A DNA stretch of 64,000 bases, taken from an uncultured Bacilli bacterium (GTDB lineage Bacteria > Bacillota_I > Bacilli_A > RF39 > UBA660). The position numbers and the translations under genes are program-made. Shown one piece after another: positions 10,014 through 19,945 of this stretch. Below the pieces are notes generated by a model, which worked only from the letters and a program-made list of their open reading frames with translations, did no database searches and was not told where the DNA came from. The stretch spans positions 4,016 to 68,015 of the forward strand of contig CANQZW010000003.1 in NCBI GenBank assembly GCA_947628435.1, read 5' to 3'. How positions within the stretch are numbered: the first letter of the stretch is position 1; every line of letters begins with the position of its first letter.

Positions 10014-11846
10014 ATGAAAGCAATCGAAGTTATATTATTACCATTTGTTTTTATATACAAAGGTTTTATTTTTGTGTTATTAACGCCATATTATTTTGTA
10101 TTAGGAATAGTAAAAGTATTTAAACTTATCTTTGGTAGGGAGCAAACAAATGAAAGAACTGTTATTCCAGAACTAAGAAATGTTCAGGAGGTTAAAGTGG
10201 TAAATACGGTTAAATCAATTTATAAAGAAAATAATTTACCAAAAGAAACTGATCCTGTTAAAATAAAACAAGCTAAAGATGCTAATACTTTAAAAAGACA
10301 ACAAGAATTTGAACGTTTAGTACAAAAGGCAAGACAAGAAGAAATTAAAAGAGTACAACAACAAGAAAAAATAAGACTTGAAAGAGCAAAAAAAGAAAAA
10401 GAAAGAAAGCAAAAAGAGCTTGAGTATCAAAAAAAAGAAGAACAATTAGAAGCTCAAAGACAACAAAGAAAAGAAAAATCTAAGCAAAATGGTAATTCTG
10501 TTTCGTTTTTAGATAAAATTACGACTGGTTATAAAAAGCTTGCTTATAGTAATAAACAAATGCTTGAATTAGAAGCAAAAAAAGCCGTATTAAATGAACA
10601 ATTTAAAAGTAAAGATAGTAGTAATTCAAGATTTGATAATCCAATATTATTTGATTATGTAGCTAAAAATTCAAAAGGTGAGATTGAAAAAGGTAGCATA
10701 GAGGCATTATCAAGGGTAGACGTTCATTCGTTTTTAATTTCTGAGGGATATGATGTTTATGATATAAGTATCGCAAAAGCCTCTGGTGGATTTAAAATAG
10801 GCGGTTCATACAAACTTAAAAGAAGTAAGCTTATCTTTTATCTTTCTCAATTATCAGCTTATTTAAAATCGGGTATTGCACTTGCTGATGCTGTTAAAAT
10901 ACTTGATGAACAAGCTAAAAAAACAAAAGAAAAACGTTTGTGGAGAGCTGTTTACTATGATTTGTCAATGGGTGATGTTTTATCTGTTGCATTAGAAAAA
11001 AGACATGATTCTTTTCCTAAATTACTTATAAATATGATAAAAACAGCAGAAATGACTGGTAATTTACCGGAGACATTAGATGATATGGTAGAGTATTATA
11101 CCGAATCAGAAACAACAAAAAAGCAAATGAAAACTGCTATGATGTATCCGGCTGTTGTAACTGTTTTTGCAATTGCTGTTGTAACATTTATTCTTATGTG
11201 GGTTGTACCACAATTTGTAGATATATATAATGATTTAGGAAGTGATATACCAACTATTACTAAAGTTGTTATAGCAATTAGTGATTTCCTTAAAGATTAC
11301 TTATTATATATCTTAATTGCGTTTATTTTGTTTTTAATCTTATTTATATATTTATTTAAAAACGTTAAGTCATTTAGAAAATCAATGCAAGAGTTTTCAA
11401 TGCACATACCTGTATTTGGTAAAATTATAATTTATAATGAGGTTACCATATTTACAAAGACATTTGCTAACTTAATAAACCATAACGTTTTTATTACTGA
11501 TTCTATTGATGTGTTAAGTAAAGTAACAGAAAATGAAATCTATAAAAAACTTATTTTTGATACTGCAAAAAACTTATCTAAAGGTGAACCAATATCAAAG
11601 GCATTTAAAGATCATTGGGCATTTCCTAACATAGCTTATCAAATGCTTTTAACAGGTGAGAAAACTGGTAGGTTAGGCCCTATGATGGAAAGAGTTTCTG
11701 ATTATTACCAAGAACAACACAGAACGATCGTAAACCAGATGAAAACTCTTATTGAACCAGTTTTAATAGTAACTTTAGCAGCCATAGTAGGTGCTATATT
11801 ATTGGCGGTTATAATTCCAATGTATAGTATATATGATGCACTATAG
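10014..11846 (+). CDS. type II secretion/type IV pilus platform protein (GspF/PilC/ComGB family) with N-terminal extension
   Basis: 610 aa. From about aa 212 (FDYVAKNSKGEIEKGSIEALSRVDVHSFLISEGYDVYDI...) the protein has the usual two GspF repeats with 3 TM segments. Aa 1-210 are an extra hydrophobic segment plus a K/E/Q/R-rich tract. Confidence 0.85.
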   Translation: MKAIEVILLPFVFIYKGFIFVLLTPYYFVLGIVKVFKLIFGREQTNERTVIPELRNVQEVKVVNTVKSIYKENNLPKETDPVKIKQAKDANTLKRQQEFERLVQKARQEEIKRVQQQEKIRLERAKKEKERKQKELEYQKKEEQLEAQRQQRKEKSKQNGNSVSFLDKITTGYKKLAYSNKQMLELEAKKAVLNEQFKSKDSSNSRFDNPILFDYVAKNSKGEIEKGSIEALSRVDVHSFLISEGYDVYDISIAKASGGFKIGGSYKLKRSKLIFYLSQLSAYLKSGIALADAVKILDEQAKKTKEKRLWRAVYYDLSMGDVLSVALEKRHDSFPKLLINMIKTAEMTGNLPETLDDMVEYYTESETTKKQMKTAMMYPAVVTVFAIAVVTFILMWVVPQFVDIYNDLGSDIPTITKVVIAISDFLKDYLLYILIAFILFLILFIYLFKNVKSFRKSMQEFSMHIPVFGKIIIYNEVTIFTKTFANLINHNVFITDSIDVLSKVTENEIYKKLIFDTAKNLSKGEPISKAFKDHWAFPNIAYQMLLTGEKTGRLGPMMERVSDYYQEQHRTIVNQMKTLIEPVLIVTLAAIVGAILLAVIIPMYSIYDAL

Positions 11847-11858
11847 GAGAAAAATAAA

Positions 11859-12650
11859 ATGAGTATGGAAGCATTAACAGGAATAATAGTATTTATAATG
11901 GGGTTAGTTTTTGGTTCATTTTACAACGTAGTTGGATATCGTCTTGCTAATAACATTTCAATTGTATATCCTCCATCACATTGTCCTAATTGTAATCATA
12001 AATTAAAATTTTATGAGTTAATACCAGTATTATCATATGTTTTCTTACTAGGTAAATGTAGTAAATGTAAAAAAAGGATATCATTTTCTTATCCTTTTTT
12101 TGAAATGCTAACAGCAATATTATTTTTACTATGTTATTTAGTATTTGGTATAAACATAAAATTTTTTATAAGCGTAATATTTATATCAATATTAATCATA
12201 ATTAGTATAAGTGATATAAAATATTACATAATACCAGATGAAGTACTTATAATAGGAAGTGTATTAATTATAATACTTAATATTATAAATTCATTAGTAA
12301 ATGATATTAGTCTTTTAAATGGTGTTTTAATGCCATTATTAAATGGTGTTGGGGCATTTGCGGTACTTTATTTATTTAAAGTATTTGGAGATATGGTATT
12401 TCAAAAAGAATGCTTAGGTGGCGGAGATATTAAATTACTATTTGTAATAGGTTTAGTTTTAGGCTTTGATATGTCTATTGTTACAATATTTATATCATCA
12501 TTTATAGCATTGCCATTATCAGTTATATCTTTAATAAAAAATAATAATAATGTCTTGCCATTTGGACCTTATTTATCAATATCTGCTGCTATTATATTAT
12601 TTACTGGATTAAACTTAGATATGATATTAAATTTTTTTACAAGTATTTAA
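11859..12650 (+). CDS. prepilin peptidase (A24 family)
   Basis: Zn-binding CPNCNH...CSKCKK N-terminal domain, multiple TM segments, catalytic-type ISDIKYYIIPD and GGGDIKL motifs. Confidence 0.9.
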   Translation: MSMEALTGIIVFIMGLVFGSFYNVVGYRLANNISIVYPPSHCPNCNHKLKFYELIPVLSYVFLLGKCSKCKKRISFSYPFFEMLTAILFLLCYLVFGINIKFFISVIFISILIIISISDIKYYIIPDEVLIIGSVLIIILNIINSLVNDISLLNGVLMPLLNGVGAFAVLYLFKVFGDMVFQKECLGGGDIKLLFVIGLVLGFDMSIVTIFISSFIALPLSVISLIKNNNNVLPFGPYLSISAAIILFTGLNLDMILNFFTSI

Positions 12651-12679
12651 AAACCTCACTTTTAAAGCGAGGTTTTATA

Positions 12680-13996
12680 TTATATATCAAGCATTTCCAT
12701 ATCGTCTGATGAATCATTTTGATTAGATGCTGATTTATTATCAGATGATGAATTATTTTGATTAGATACTATTTTATTATCAGTAGATTGTCCTAATACT
12801 ATCTTAGTTGATTCATCATCTAACTCAACTAATCTTAAGATTTCTTCAATAGTAGTTATATTTTGTACTACTTTTTTTAATCCATCTTGTAATAAAGTTG
12901 TAGTATCACCTTGATAAACTAACTTTCTTAAATCTTCTTTTGAAACCCCATTTGCAATGGCATCTCTTATTTCTTGGGATATTACAAGTACTTCGTGAAT
13001 TGCAATTCTCCCTTTATAACCACCAACACAATCAGGACACCCTTGTGCATATGCTAATTCGTTTATATCAATACCAAGATTAGATTTAATAAGTTTTTTC
13101 TCATACTCAATTGCTGGTCTTTTTTTCATACAGTGAGGACAAATCCTTCTAGCAAGTTTTTGTGAAACAATACCATTTAATGAACTTGCAAGTAAGTATG
13201 TTTCAACATCCATATCTCTTAGACGTTCAATTGTATTTAGTGCATTATTAGTATGCAACGTAGATAAAACAAGGTGTCCAGTAATAGATGCTCTAACAGC
13301 TATTTTAGCAGTTTCATCATCACGAATTTCTCCAATCATTATAATATCAGGGTCTTGACGTAATATAGAACGTAACACGTTAGCAAAAGTAAGACCAATT
13401 TCACTATTTACTTGAATTTGATTTATACCCTCAATACCCATTTCAACCGGATCTTCAACCGTAACTAAGTTTACCTTAGGAGTATTAAGTAATTGCAAAA
13501 GAGAATAAACGGTAGTAGACTTACCACTTCCGGTTGCACCGGTAACTAATATTATGCCATTTGGTTCTTTTATTAATTCTTTTATCTTTTTTAAATTATC
13601 AGGTAAAAAGCCTAAACTTTCAAGTCCATTTAAGCTAGATGAATAATCTAAAATACGAATAACTATTTTTTCGCCTTCATTAGTAGGTAATGAAGAAACA
13701 CGCATATCAAGATTTATATTTTTTATTGTAGTTTTAATAGCACCATCTTGAGGTAATCTTGATTCAGTTATATCCATACCTGAAATAATTTTTAATCTAG
13801 CTACTAGGTTTTTTCTAATACTCTCAGGAATTATCATATAATCTATTAAAACACCATCAATTCTAAATCTTACTTTTATGGTTTTTTCACTAGGATCAAA
13901 ATGTATATCACTAGCACCAGCTTCAGCAGCTACATATATAATTTCATTAACTATCTCTGTTATAGGTAACTTTGTATAATCAATTTGTTTAAGCAT
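12680..13996 (-). CDS. type IV pilus/competence ATPase (GspE/PilB/ComGA family)
   Basis: Walker A GATGSGKSTT, Asp box, Walker B DPDIIMIGEIRD, His box LVLSTLHTN, tetracysteine CPHC...CPDC. Has an Asn/Ser/Asp-rich C-terminal tail. Confidence 0.9.
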   Translation of the reverse strand: MLKQIDYTKLPITEIVNEIIYVAAEAGASDIHFDPSEKTIKVRFRIDGVLIDYMIIPESIRKNLVARLKIISGMDITESRLPQDGAIKTTIKNINLDMRVSSLPTNEGEKIVIRILDYSSSLNGLESLGFLPDNLKKIKELIKEPNGIILVTGATGSGKSTTVYSLLQLLNTPKVNLVTVEDPVEMGIEGINQIQVNSEIGLTFANVLRSILRQDPDIIMIGEIRDDETAKIAVRASITGHLVLSTLHTNNALNTIERLRDMDVETYLLASSLNGIVSQKLARRICPHCMKKRPAIEYEKKLIKSNLGIDINELAYAQGCPDCVGGYKGRIAIHEVLVISQEIRDAIANGVSKEDLRKLVYQGDTTTLLQDGLKKVVQNITTIEEILRLVELDDESTKIVLGQSTDNKIVSNQNNSSSDNKSASNQNDSSDDMEMLDI

Positions 13997-14110
13997 AATA
14001 TCGCTCCCTTTTTACTCTTCTTATTCTTTTTTACATAATTATATCTTTATGCTAGATTTTATTATAATAATATTATATAATATATTTGATAAGATTTCAA
14101 TAAAGAATAG

Positions 14111-14611
14111 GTGAAGAAAATGAAAAATAATAATAAAGGATTTTTTTTGGCAGAAACAATCGTTGTTATTGCACTAGTAACTACCGTAATGGCATTTGTA
14201 TATCCAAACGTTTCAAAGTTATATGAAAATTATAAAAATAAAGCTCTTTATTACGACCAACCAGAAGATTTATACGTTTTAAAAGCATATAGTGAAATAT
14301 TAAAAACAGATATAGAAAATAAAACAAAAGTTGGTGATGCGATTGGTTGCAAAAATTTTATTGTTAATGAAAAAACAACATTATTAGATAATAGTTCTAA
14401 AAATGGCCTACCAAGAATCACTTTATATATAACAGGATATATGACAGAAGTAAGTGATACTGATTATAATTTTAATAAATATCTTAAGCGTTTAAAAAAA
14501 ACTACTTATGATAGTGCATCTTATAGATTAATAGGAAAATTTGGAACTAGATATGCCTCAATTAAAATTGATAATCCAAATCCTAATAGAAATTGTAATT
14601 TAGGAGGTTAA
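14111..14611 (+). CDS. prepilin-type N-terminal cleavage/methylation domain protein (pseudopilin)
   Basis: MKKMKNNNKG|FFLAETIVVIALVTTVMAFVYP: Gly, Glu at +5, hydrophobic helix. GTG 14111 or ATG 14120 are both possible starts. Confidence 0.75.
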   Translation: MKKMKNNNKGFFLAETIVVIALVTTVMAFVYPNVSKLYENYKNKALYYDQPEDLYVLKAYSEILKTDIENKTKVGDAIGCKNFIVNEKTTLLDNSSKNGLPRITLYITGYMTEVSDTDYNFNKYLKRLKKTTYDSASYRLIGKFGTRYASIKIDNPNPNRNCNLGG

Positions 14612-14958
14612 TGATGAAAAAACTAAATAAAAAAGGCGTAACTTTAATTGAATTAATTGTTAGTTTTGCATTAGTTTCTGTTGCGGTAGGTTATTTTTAT
14701 CAAACTCTATTTACCGTAAAAAAACTATATTCTAAGTCTCAAAAAGAAACCCAAGAATTCGTTGATAAAACCTATGCTTTAAGAATTGTTGATGCTTATA
14801 TTGATAAAAAGGGATTTGATGCATTAAGTAAATCTAAAGTATGCCCAACATATTTTAAATGTAATGTTCTATCTAAAGTTGATGCTGATAATATATACAA
14901 AGTTACAATAACAATGGAAAATGATAAAAATGTTGTATTATACAAATATCATGAATAG
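14611..14958 (+). CDS. prepilin-type pilin/pseudopilin (ComGC-like size)
   Basis: MMKKLNKKG|VTLIELIVSFALVSVAVGYFY. AGGAGG 5 nt upstream. Its start overlaps the stop of the previous gene (TAATGATG). Confidence 0.8.
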   Translation: MMKKLNKKGVTLIELIVSFALVSVAVGYFYQTLFTVKKLYSKSQKETQEFVDKTYALRIVDAYIDKKGFDALSKSKVCPTYFKCNVLSKVDADNIYKVTITMENDKNVVLYKYHE

Positions 14959-15837
14959 TTAAAATAGCCTAAAGATAAGATATTTTAGATATCTTATTTT
15001 TTTATTTTCTATCATTGATAGTGTTTGCATTTGAATACATAAACCACCAAAGTTTAAAAAAACAAATGCTAATAAAAATTTTAATAATGGATTAATTGCT
15101 AAGTAGCTAAGTGAAATAACTCCTGATGTCATTTCTAATATACCATTAATGATGATGCTTAAAATTATGTTTAATTTAAATATATTTTTTAAAAGGGAAA
15201 CTAAAATATTAAACATTATTACGATTCCGAAGATAAGTAATAAGGAATTTATGGATGTTTTAACCGAATTTGTTAGTGTGCATATAAATGTTTCATTATT
15301 ATTTGATAGATGGTTATCATTAATATCATTATCTAAGTTTTTTTTACATATAAATGCTTTAATTATATTATTAGTCCATAGTAATATTAGTAGAATAAAA
15401 CCTATTTTTACACTAATAAAAACCCCCCCACCAACAGCAGCGATAACAAATAATGGATTAATAAAGTGGGTTGTTAAAAGTAGTGTTTGAGCTTGTTTTA
15501 CACTAATTAATTTTTTATTTAAATATTCGTTTATATAAATTGCATTACTGGGTGTTCCAGTAAACATAGAGATAATAAATATACTAGTCATTATGTTATT
15601 AAAGCGAAATAATTTATAGAACATTCTTTTAATAAATTTAGGTATTATTTGATGAATGTTATTTTTAACAAGTAAGTTTCCAATTATCATGGTAGGTAAA
15701 AGCGATGGAAATATTTTTAAGATAAACATAGAAGATGAATTAATTACACTTGTAATAACTATTTTTGATTTAGTAAGTAATAATATTTCTAAAAATATTA
15801 ATATATATAATAAAATTATGTTTTTTATCTTTGTCAT
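14959..15837 (-). CDS. YlbJ-like sporulation integral membrane protein (nucleoside-recognition/Gate-type)
   Basis: Polytopic membrane protein with IFPSLLPTMIIG, MFTGTPSNAIYINEYL, THFINPLFV and LEMTSG, resembling the YlbJ pattern as I remember it. Confidence 0.5.
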   Translation of the reverse strand: MTKIKNIILLYILIFLEILLLTKSKIVITSVINSSSMFILKIFPSLLPTMIIGNLLVKNNIHQIIPKFIKRMFYKLFRFNNIMTSIFIISMFTGTPSNAIYINEYLNKKLISVKQAQTLLLTTHFINPLFVIAAVGGGVFISVKIGFILLILLWTNNIIKAFICKKNLDNDINDNHLSNNNETFICTLTNSVKTSINSLLLIFGIVIMFNILVSLLKNIFKLNIILSIIINGILEMTSGVISLSYLAINPLLKFLLAFVFLNFGGLCIQMQTLSMIENKKIRYLKYLIFRLF

Positions 15838-15883
15838 TATTTTTTTCCTTTTTAGTAAAATTTATTATAGGAGAGATAATTAT

Positions 15884-16438
15884 ATGAATACAACTGATAA
15901 AAAACTAATTATATTTGATGACGGTAACAATAAAATATTAGGAGAAAAAAGGTTTATTAAGTTTTTAGATGAAGGACAAAATCATGCTATTTTTTATATG
16001 CCTTTAGTTGCTCCTAAATATTTTGAAAATTATTTAAAGGAAAATAATATTTTAAAGGCATATGAGGTAGTTGATGAAAAGGTATTAATAGATTATCATG
16101 ATAGGATATATACTTTTTTATCAAACCATGGAATATATGATGTAAGTAAGGGTATAGAAGCTGAAAACAAACTTGTTTTGTTGGTTGATAAAGGAATGGA
16201 TATAAACGTTGATTTACCAATTTATTCTTATACTATTAAAAATAACTGTATTTACGTAAAACCTTTAAAAGAAAAACCAATAAAAAAAGATTATTGTTAT
16301 GTTGCAAATCAAGAGTATGTAAATCAAGATTTAAGAAAGATTATGATTCCTGTTATAGAAGCAATTCCTGGTATTTTATGCATGGGTAATTATCCGTTTG
16401 ATTATTCTTTGAAAACGAAACGTTATAAGTTAAAATAA
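15884..16438 (+). CDS. hypothetical protein (184 aa)
   Basis: ATG 15884 after GGAGAG. The longer track ORF from 15656 would overlap the opposite-strand gene. No recognisable motif. Confidence 0.55.
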   Translation: MNTTDKKLIIFDDGNNKILGEKRFIKFLDEGQNHAIFYMPLVAPKYFENYLKENNILKAYEVVDEKVLIDYHDRIYTFLSNHGIYDVSKGIEAENKLVLLVDKGMDINVDLPIYSYTIKNNCIYVKPLKEKPIKKDYCYVANQEYVNQDLRKIMIPVIEAIPGILCMGNYPFDYSLKTKRYKLK

Positions 16439-16517
16439 TTATTATTTTATTATAATAAAAGTCTTTATTAGAGACTTTTTTTTATATAAATGGTATAATT
16501 GAAATAGGTGATTTAAG

Positions 16518-19070
16518 TTGAAAAGAAGTGAAGTAGATAGGAAAAAAGTAAGCCCTATGATGAGGCAATACTTAGAGACTAAAGATAATTATGAAGATGT
16601 TATTCTTTTTTATAGAATTGGTGATTTTTATGAGATGTTTTTTGAAGATGCAATAAACGTATCGCGTGATTTAGAACTTACTTTAACTGGTAAAAATGCT
16701 GGGTTAGATGAAAGAATACCGATGTGTGGTGTTCCTCATCATGCTGCTAATTTATACATTGATAAGTTAATAGATAAAGGTTATAAAGTTGCAATATGTG
16801 AGCAAGTAGAAGATCCAAAGGATGCTAAGGGTATCGTAAAAAGAGATGTTATAAGAATAGTATCAAAGGGTACTATTATGTCAGATGATATGCTTGATGC
16901 TAAGACTAATAATTTTATTGGTGCTCTAAAGGATTTAAACCATTGTTTTTCTCTTTCTTATACTGATTTATCAACTGGTGAGTTTATAACTGTTTTAGTA
17001 GAATATGAGCTTGATAAAATAATAACTGAAATAGTTAATGATAATATAACTGAATTAGTAATAAATGGTAGTGTTGATCCAAGAATAATAGATACTTTAA
17101 AAAATAGATATAACGTATATATCTCTTTTGAAAAAGATAATAAGGAAATAGATGAATATAAACATTTATATAAAGATATTGATGATATAAGATACATATC
17201 AAGTATATGTGTATTGCTTAATTATTTATCTAATAGTCAAAAAAGAAGTCTAGATCATTTACAACACGTAGTAAAAAAAGATTATAAAACTTATTTAAAA
17301 ATGGATATTCATACTAAAAGAAATCTTGAGTTAACGGAAAGTTTAAGATTAAAAGAAAAAAATTATTCTCTTTTATGGGTGCTTGATAAGACAAAAACAG
17401 CGATGGGCTCTAGGATGCTTAAAACGATGATTGAAAATCCGTTAACAAGTAAGGAAGAAATTGAAAAAAGATATGATATGGTATCTAAATTATTAGAACA
17501 ATTTTTACTTAAAGATGAATTAAGAAATTTATTAGATGAGGTTTATGACTTAGAAAGGTTAGCAGGAAGAGTTTCTTTTGGTAATGCTAATGCAAGAGAT
17601 TTGTTACAACTTAAGTCATCTTTAAAGGTTTTACCTAGAATAAAACAAATAATAAACGAATTAGGTTTTGATTTAATAATTGATGATTTAAAAGATTTAT
17701 ATGATCTATTAGAAAAAAGTATTTATCAAGAACCACCTTTGGGCTTAAAAGAGGGTTATTTGATAAAAGATGGATATAATAATGATCTTGATGAATTAAA
17801 ACAAGCAAGACGTGGTGGTAAAGATTTTGTAGCTAAATTAGAACAAGAAGAAAGAAAGAAAACTGGCATTAAGAATTTAAGAGTTGGTTATAATAGAATA
17901 TTTGGATATTATATAGAAGTATCTAAAGGAAATAGTAAGCAAGTTAAAGAAGAATTTGGCTATGAAAGAAGACAAACACTTGCTAATTGTGAAAGATTTA
18001 TTACAAAAGAGTTAAAAGAAAAGGAACAATTAATATTAGGTGCGGAAGAAAAAATAATAAATTTAGAATATGAATTATTTGTTAATATTAGAAACACCGT
18101 TAAACAAATTATTCCAACGATTCAACTTACTGCTAAAGTACTTGCTAAATTAGATGTTATGCAATCGTTTGCAACGGTAACAGAAAATAATAATTATGTA
18201 AGACCAACTTTAAATAATGATAAAACTGTTAATATAATAGGTGGAAGACATCCTGTTGTTGAAAAGGTTTTAGATAAGCAGTTTGTTGCTAATGATATTA
18301 TATTTGATAATGGTGTTTATTTACAAATAATAACAGGGCCTAATATGGCTGGTAAGTCTACTTATATGAGACAAATGGCAATGATTGTTATTATGGCACA
18401 AATCGGATGCTTTGTACCTGCTAAAAAGGCTAATTTACCAGTTTTTGATAAAATATTTACTCGTATTGGAGCATCAGATGATTTAGTATCTGGTGAATCT
18501 ACTTTTATGGTTGAAATGATGGAAGCTAATCGTGCTATTACCTCTGCAACTGAGAATAGTTTAATCTTATTTGATGAATTAGGAAGGGGTACTGCAACTT
18601 ATGATGGTATATCTTTAGCTCAAGCTATTATTGAATACATTCATGATAGTATAAAAGCAATAACCCTTTTTTCAACTCATTATCATGAGTTAACAGTATT
18701 AGAAAGTAAGAAAAAGCATATTAAAAACGTACACGTATCAGCTCATGAGGAAAATGGTAACATAACGTTTCTTCATAAAATAAAAGAAGGTAGTATAGAT
18801 AAGAGTTATGGTATTCATGTAGCAAAATTAGCAAATTTACCAGCTGATGTTATAAAAAGAGCAGATGAAATATTAAAAACTTACGAAAATAAAAAAGTAA
18901 AAAAAGAATTAACTAGCCAAATAAGTATGAATTTTGAAGAAATTAACACAAATAATAATAAGTATGATATAATAATTAACAAGTTAAAAGATATCAATCC
19001 TCTTGATGTATCTCCAATGGAGGCTTTAAATATTTTATATGAATTAAAAAAGGATATAGATAAAAAGTAA
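16518..19070 (+). CDS. mutS: DNA mismatch repair protein MutS
   Basis: 850 aa. Mismatch-binding N-terminus (GDFYEMFFEDA), Walker A GPNMAGKST, STFMVEM, DELGRGT, FSTHYHEL. Extended -10 TGGTATAAT at about 16490-16498. Confidence 0.97.
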   Translation: MKRSEVDRKKVSPMMRQYLETKDNYEDVILFYRIGDFYEMFFEDAINVSRDLELTLTGKNAGLDERIPMCGVPHHAANLYIDKLIDKGYKVAICEQVEDPKDAKGIVKRDVIRIVSKGTIMSDDMLDAKTNNFIGALKDLNHCFSLSYTDLSTGEFITVLVEYELDKIITEIVNDNITELVINGSVDPRIIDTLKNRYNVYISFEKDNKEIDEYKHLYKDIDDIRYISSICVLLNYLSNSQKRSLDHLQHVVKKDYKTYLKMDIHTKRNLELTESLRLKEKNYSLLWVLDKTKTAMGSRMLKTMIENPLTSKEEIEKRYDMVSKLLEQFLLKDELRNLLDEVYDLERLAGRVSFGNANARDLLQLKSSLKVLPRIKQIINELGFDLIIDDLKDLYDLLEKSIYQEPPLGLKEGYLIKDGYNNDLDELKQARRGGKDFVAKLEQEERKKTGIKNLRVGYNRIFGYYIEVSKGNSKQVKEEFGYERRQTLANCERFITKELKEKEQLILGAEEKIINLEYELFVNIRNTVKQIIPTIQLTAKVLAKLDVMQSFATVTENNNYVRPTLNNDKTVNIIGGRHPVVEKVLDKQFVANDIIFDNGVYLQIITGPNMAGKSTYMRQMAMIVIMAQIGCFVPAKKANLPVFDKIFTRIGASDDLVSGESTFMVEMMEANRAITSATENSLILFDELGRGTATYDGISLAQAIIEYIHDSIKAITLFSTHYHELTVLESKKKHIKNVHVSAHEENGNITFLHKIKEGSIDKSYGIHVAKLANLPADVIKRADEILKTYENKKVKKELTSQISMNFEEINTNNNKYDIIINKLKDINPLDVSPMEALNILYELKKDIDKK

Positions 19071-19086
19071 GGTTAGGGTGATATTA

Positions 19087-19941
19087 ATGAATGAAGAATC
19101 TCATGATATAAAAATTCCAATTAAAGCAATAGTAGAACAAGCTATGAAACAAAACAATGCTAGATATGAAGAAGATGAATTTAACTTATTAAGAAAGTAT
19201 TTTATAGCATGTTTAAATTTAGGCTTTTTAGAACCTAAGGATTTAGTTTTGATGGTTAATAAATTTGCACAGACTATTAAGTTTATCGTATTAAATTATA
19301 ATAATATTAATAAAATGGATTATTATGTTGTAAATGGTAATGTTTTATACATAAATGGTGGTTTAAAAGTTAGTAATGATATGTTTTATGAAATCAATTT
19401 TTATAAAGCGGTAACTGAGGTGGTTTTTAAAGCAAATGATAATCATATTGGTATATCTAATGCTTTATGTAATATGGTTGCAGAAAAAATATATAATATG
19501 GATACTAACTCTTCTAGAATAATAATGCCTAAAACATCTGAAGAACAACAAGGTAATAGTAAAATACAAATAAGAGCAGGATATTTAAATTATAATTTAA
19601 TAATTTCTTTATTAAAACAGTTATTTATAAGTCGTAATTTAAATGAAAATATGATTATAAGAAGAATGTTTTTTGAAGGCTATGAAAAAGTATTAAAAGA
19701 TATATTAAATGATAGTAATTCAAACTTACTTATTGAAGTTTTAGATAAAATATGCATAATGTACATAAATCGTAAGGTTCATGGAGTTTTAAATGATAAT
19801 GAAAAGAATCTAACCGATAAGTATCAGATAATTGTAAATGATATGTTTACAAACATAGATCAAAATTATTTTGCTTTTTGTGCTTTAATTACAACAGATG
19901 AGTTAAGAAAAAAGTGTATGAGTAAATTAAATAAGGAGTAA
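19087..19941 (+). CDS. hypothetical protein (about 284 aa) in the position usually held by mutL
   Basis: ORF 8-17 nt after mutS (GTG 19078 or ATG 19087 after AGGGTGA). It has no GHKL ATPase motifs, so it is not MutL. Confidence 0.6.
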   Translation: MNEESHDIKIPIKAIVEQAMKQNNARYEEDEFNLLRKYFIACLNLGFLEPKDLVLMVNKFAQTIKFIVLNYNNINKMDYYVVNGNVLYINGGLKVSNDMFYEINFYKAVTEVVFKANDNHIGISNALCNMVAEKIYNMDTNSSRIIMPKTSEEQQGNSKIQIRAGYLNYNLIISLLKQLFISRNLNENMIIRRMFFEGYEKVLKDILNDSNSNLLIEVLDKICIMYINRKVHGVLNDNEKNLTDKYQIIVNDMFTNIDQNYFAFCALITTDELRKKCMSKLNKE

Positions 19942-19945
19942 TCTT

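Noticed and set aside
15656-15883. N-terminal 76 codons of track ORF 15656..16438
   Set aside because: This part overlaps the start of the opposite-strand membrane-protein gene and reads as hydrophobic shadow sequence. An internal ATG at 15884 with a GGAGAG RBS gives a clean intergenic arrangement.
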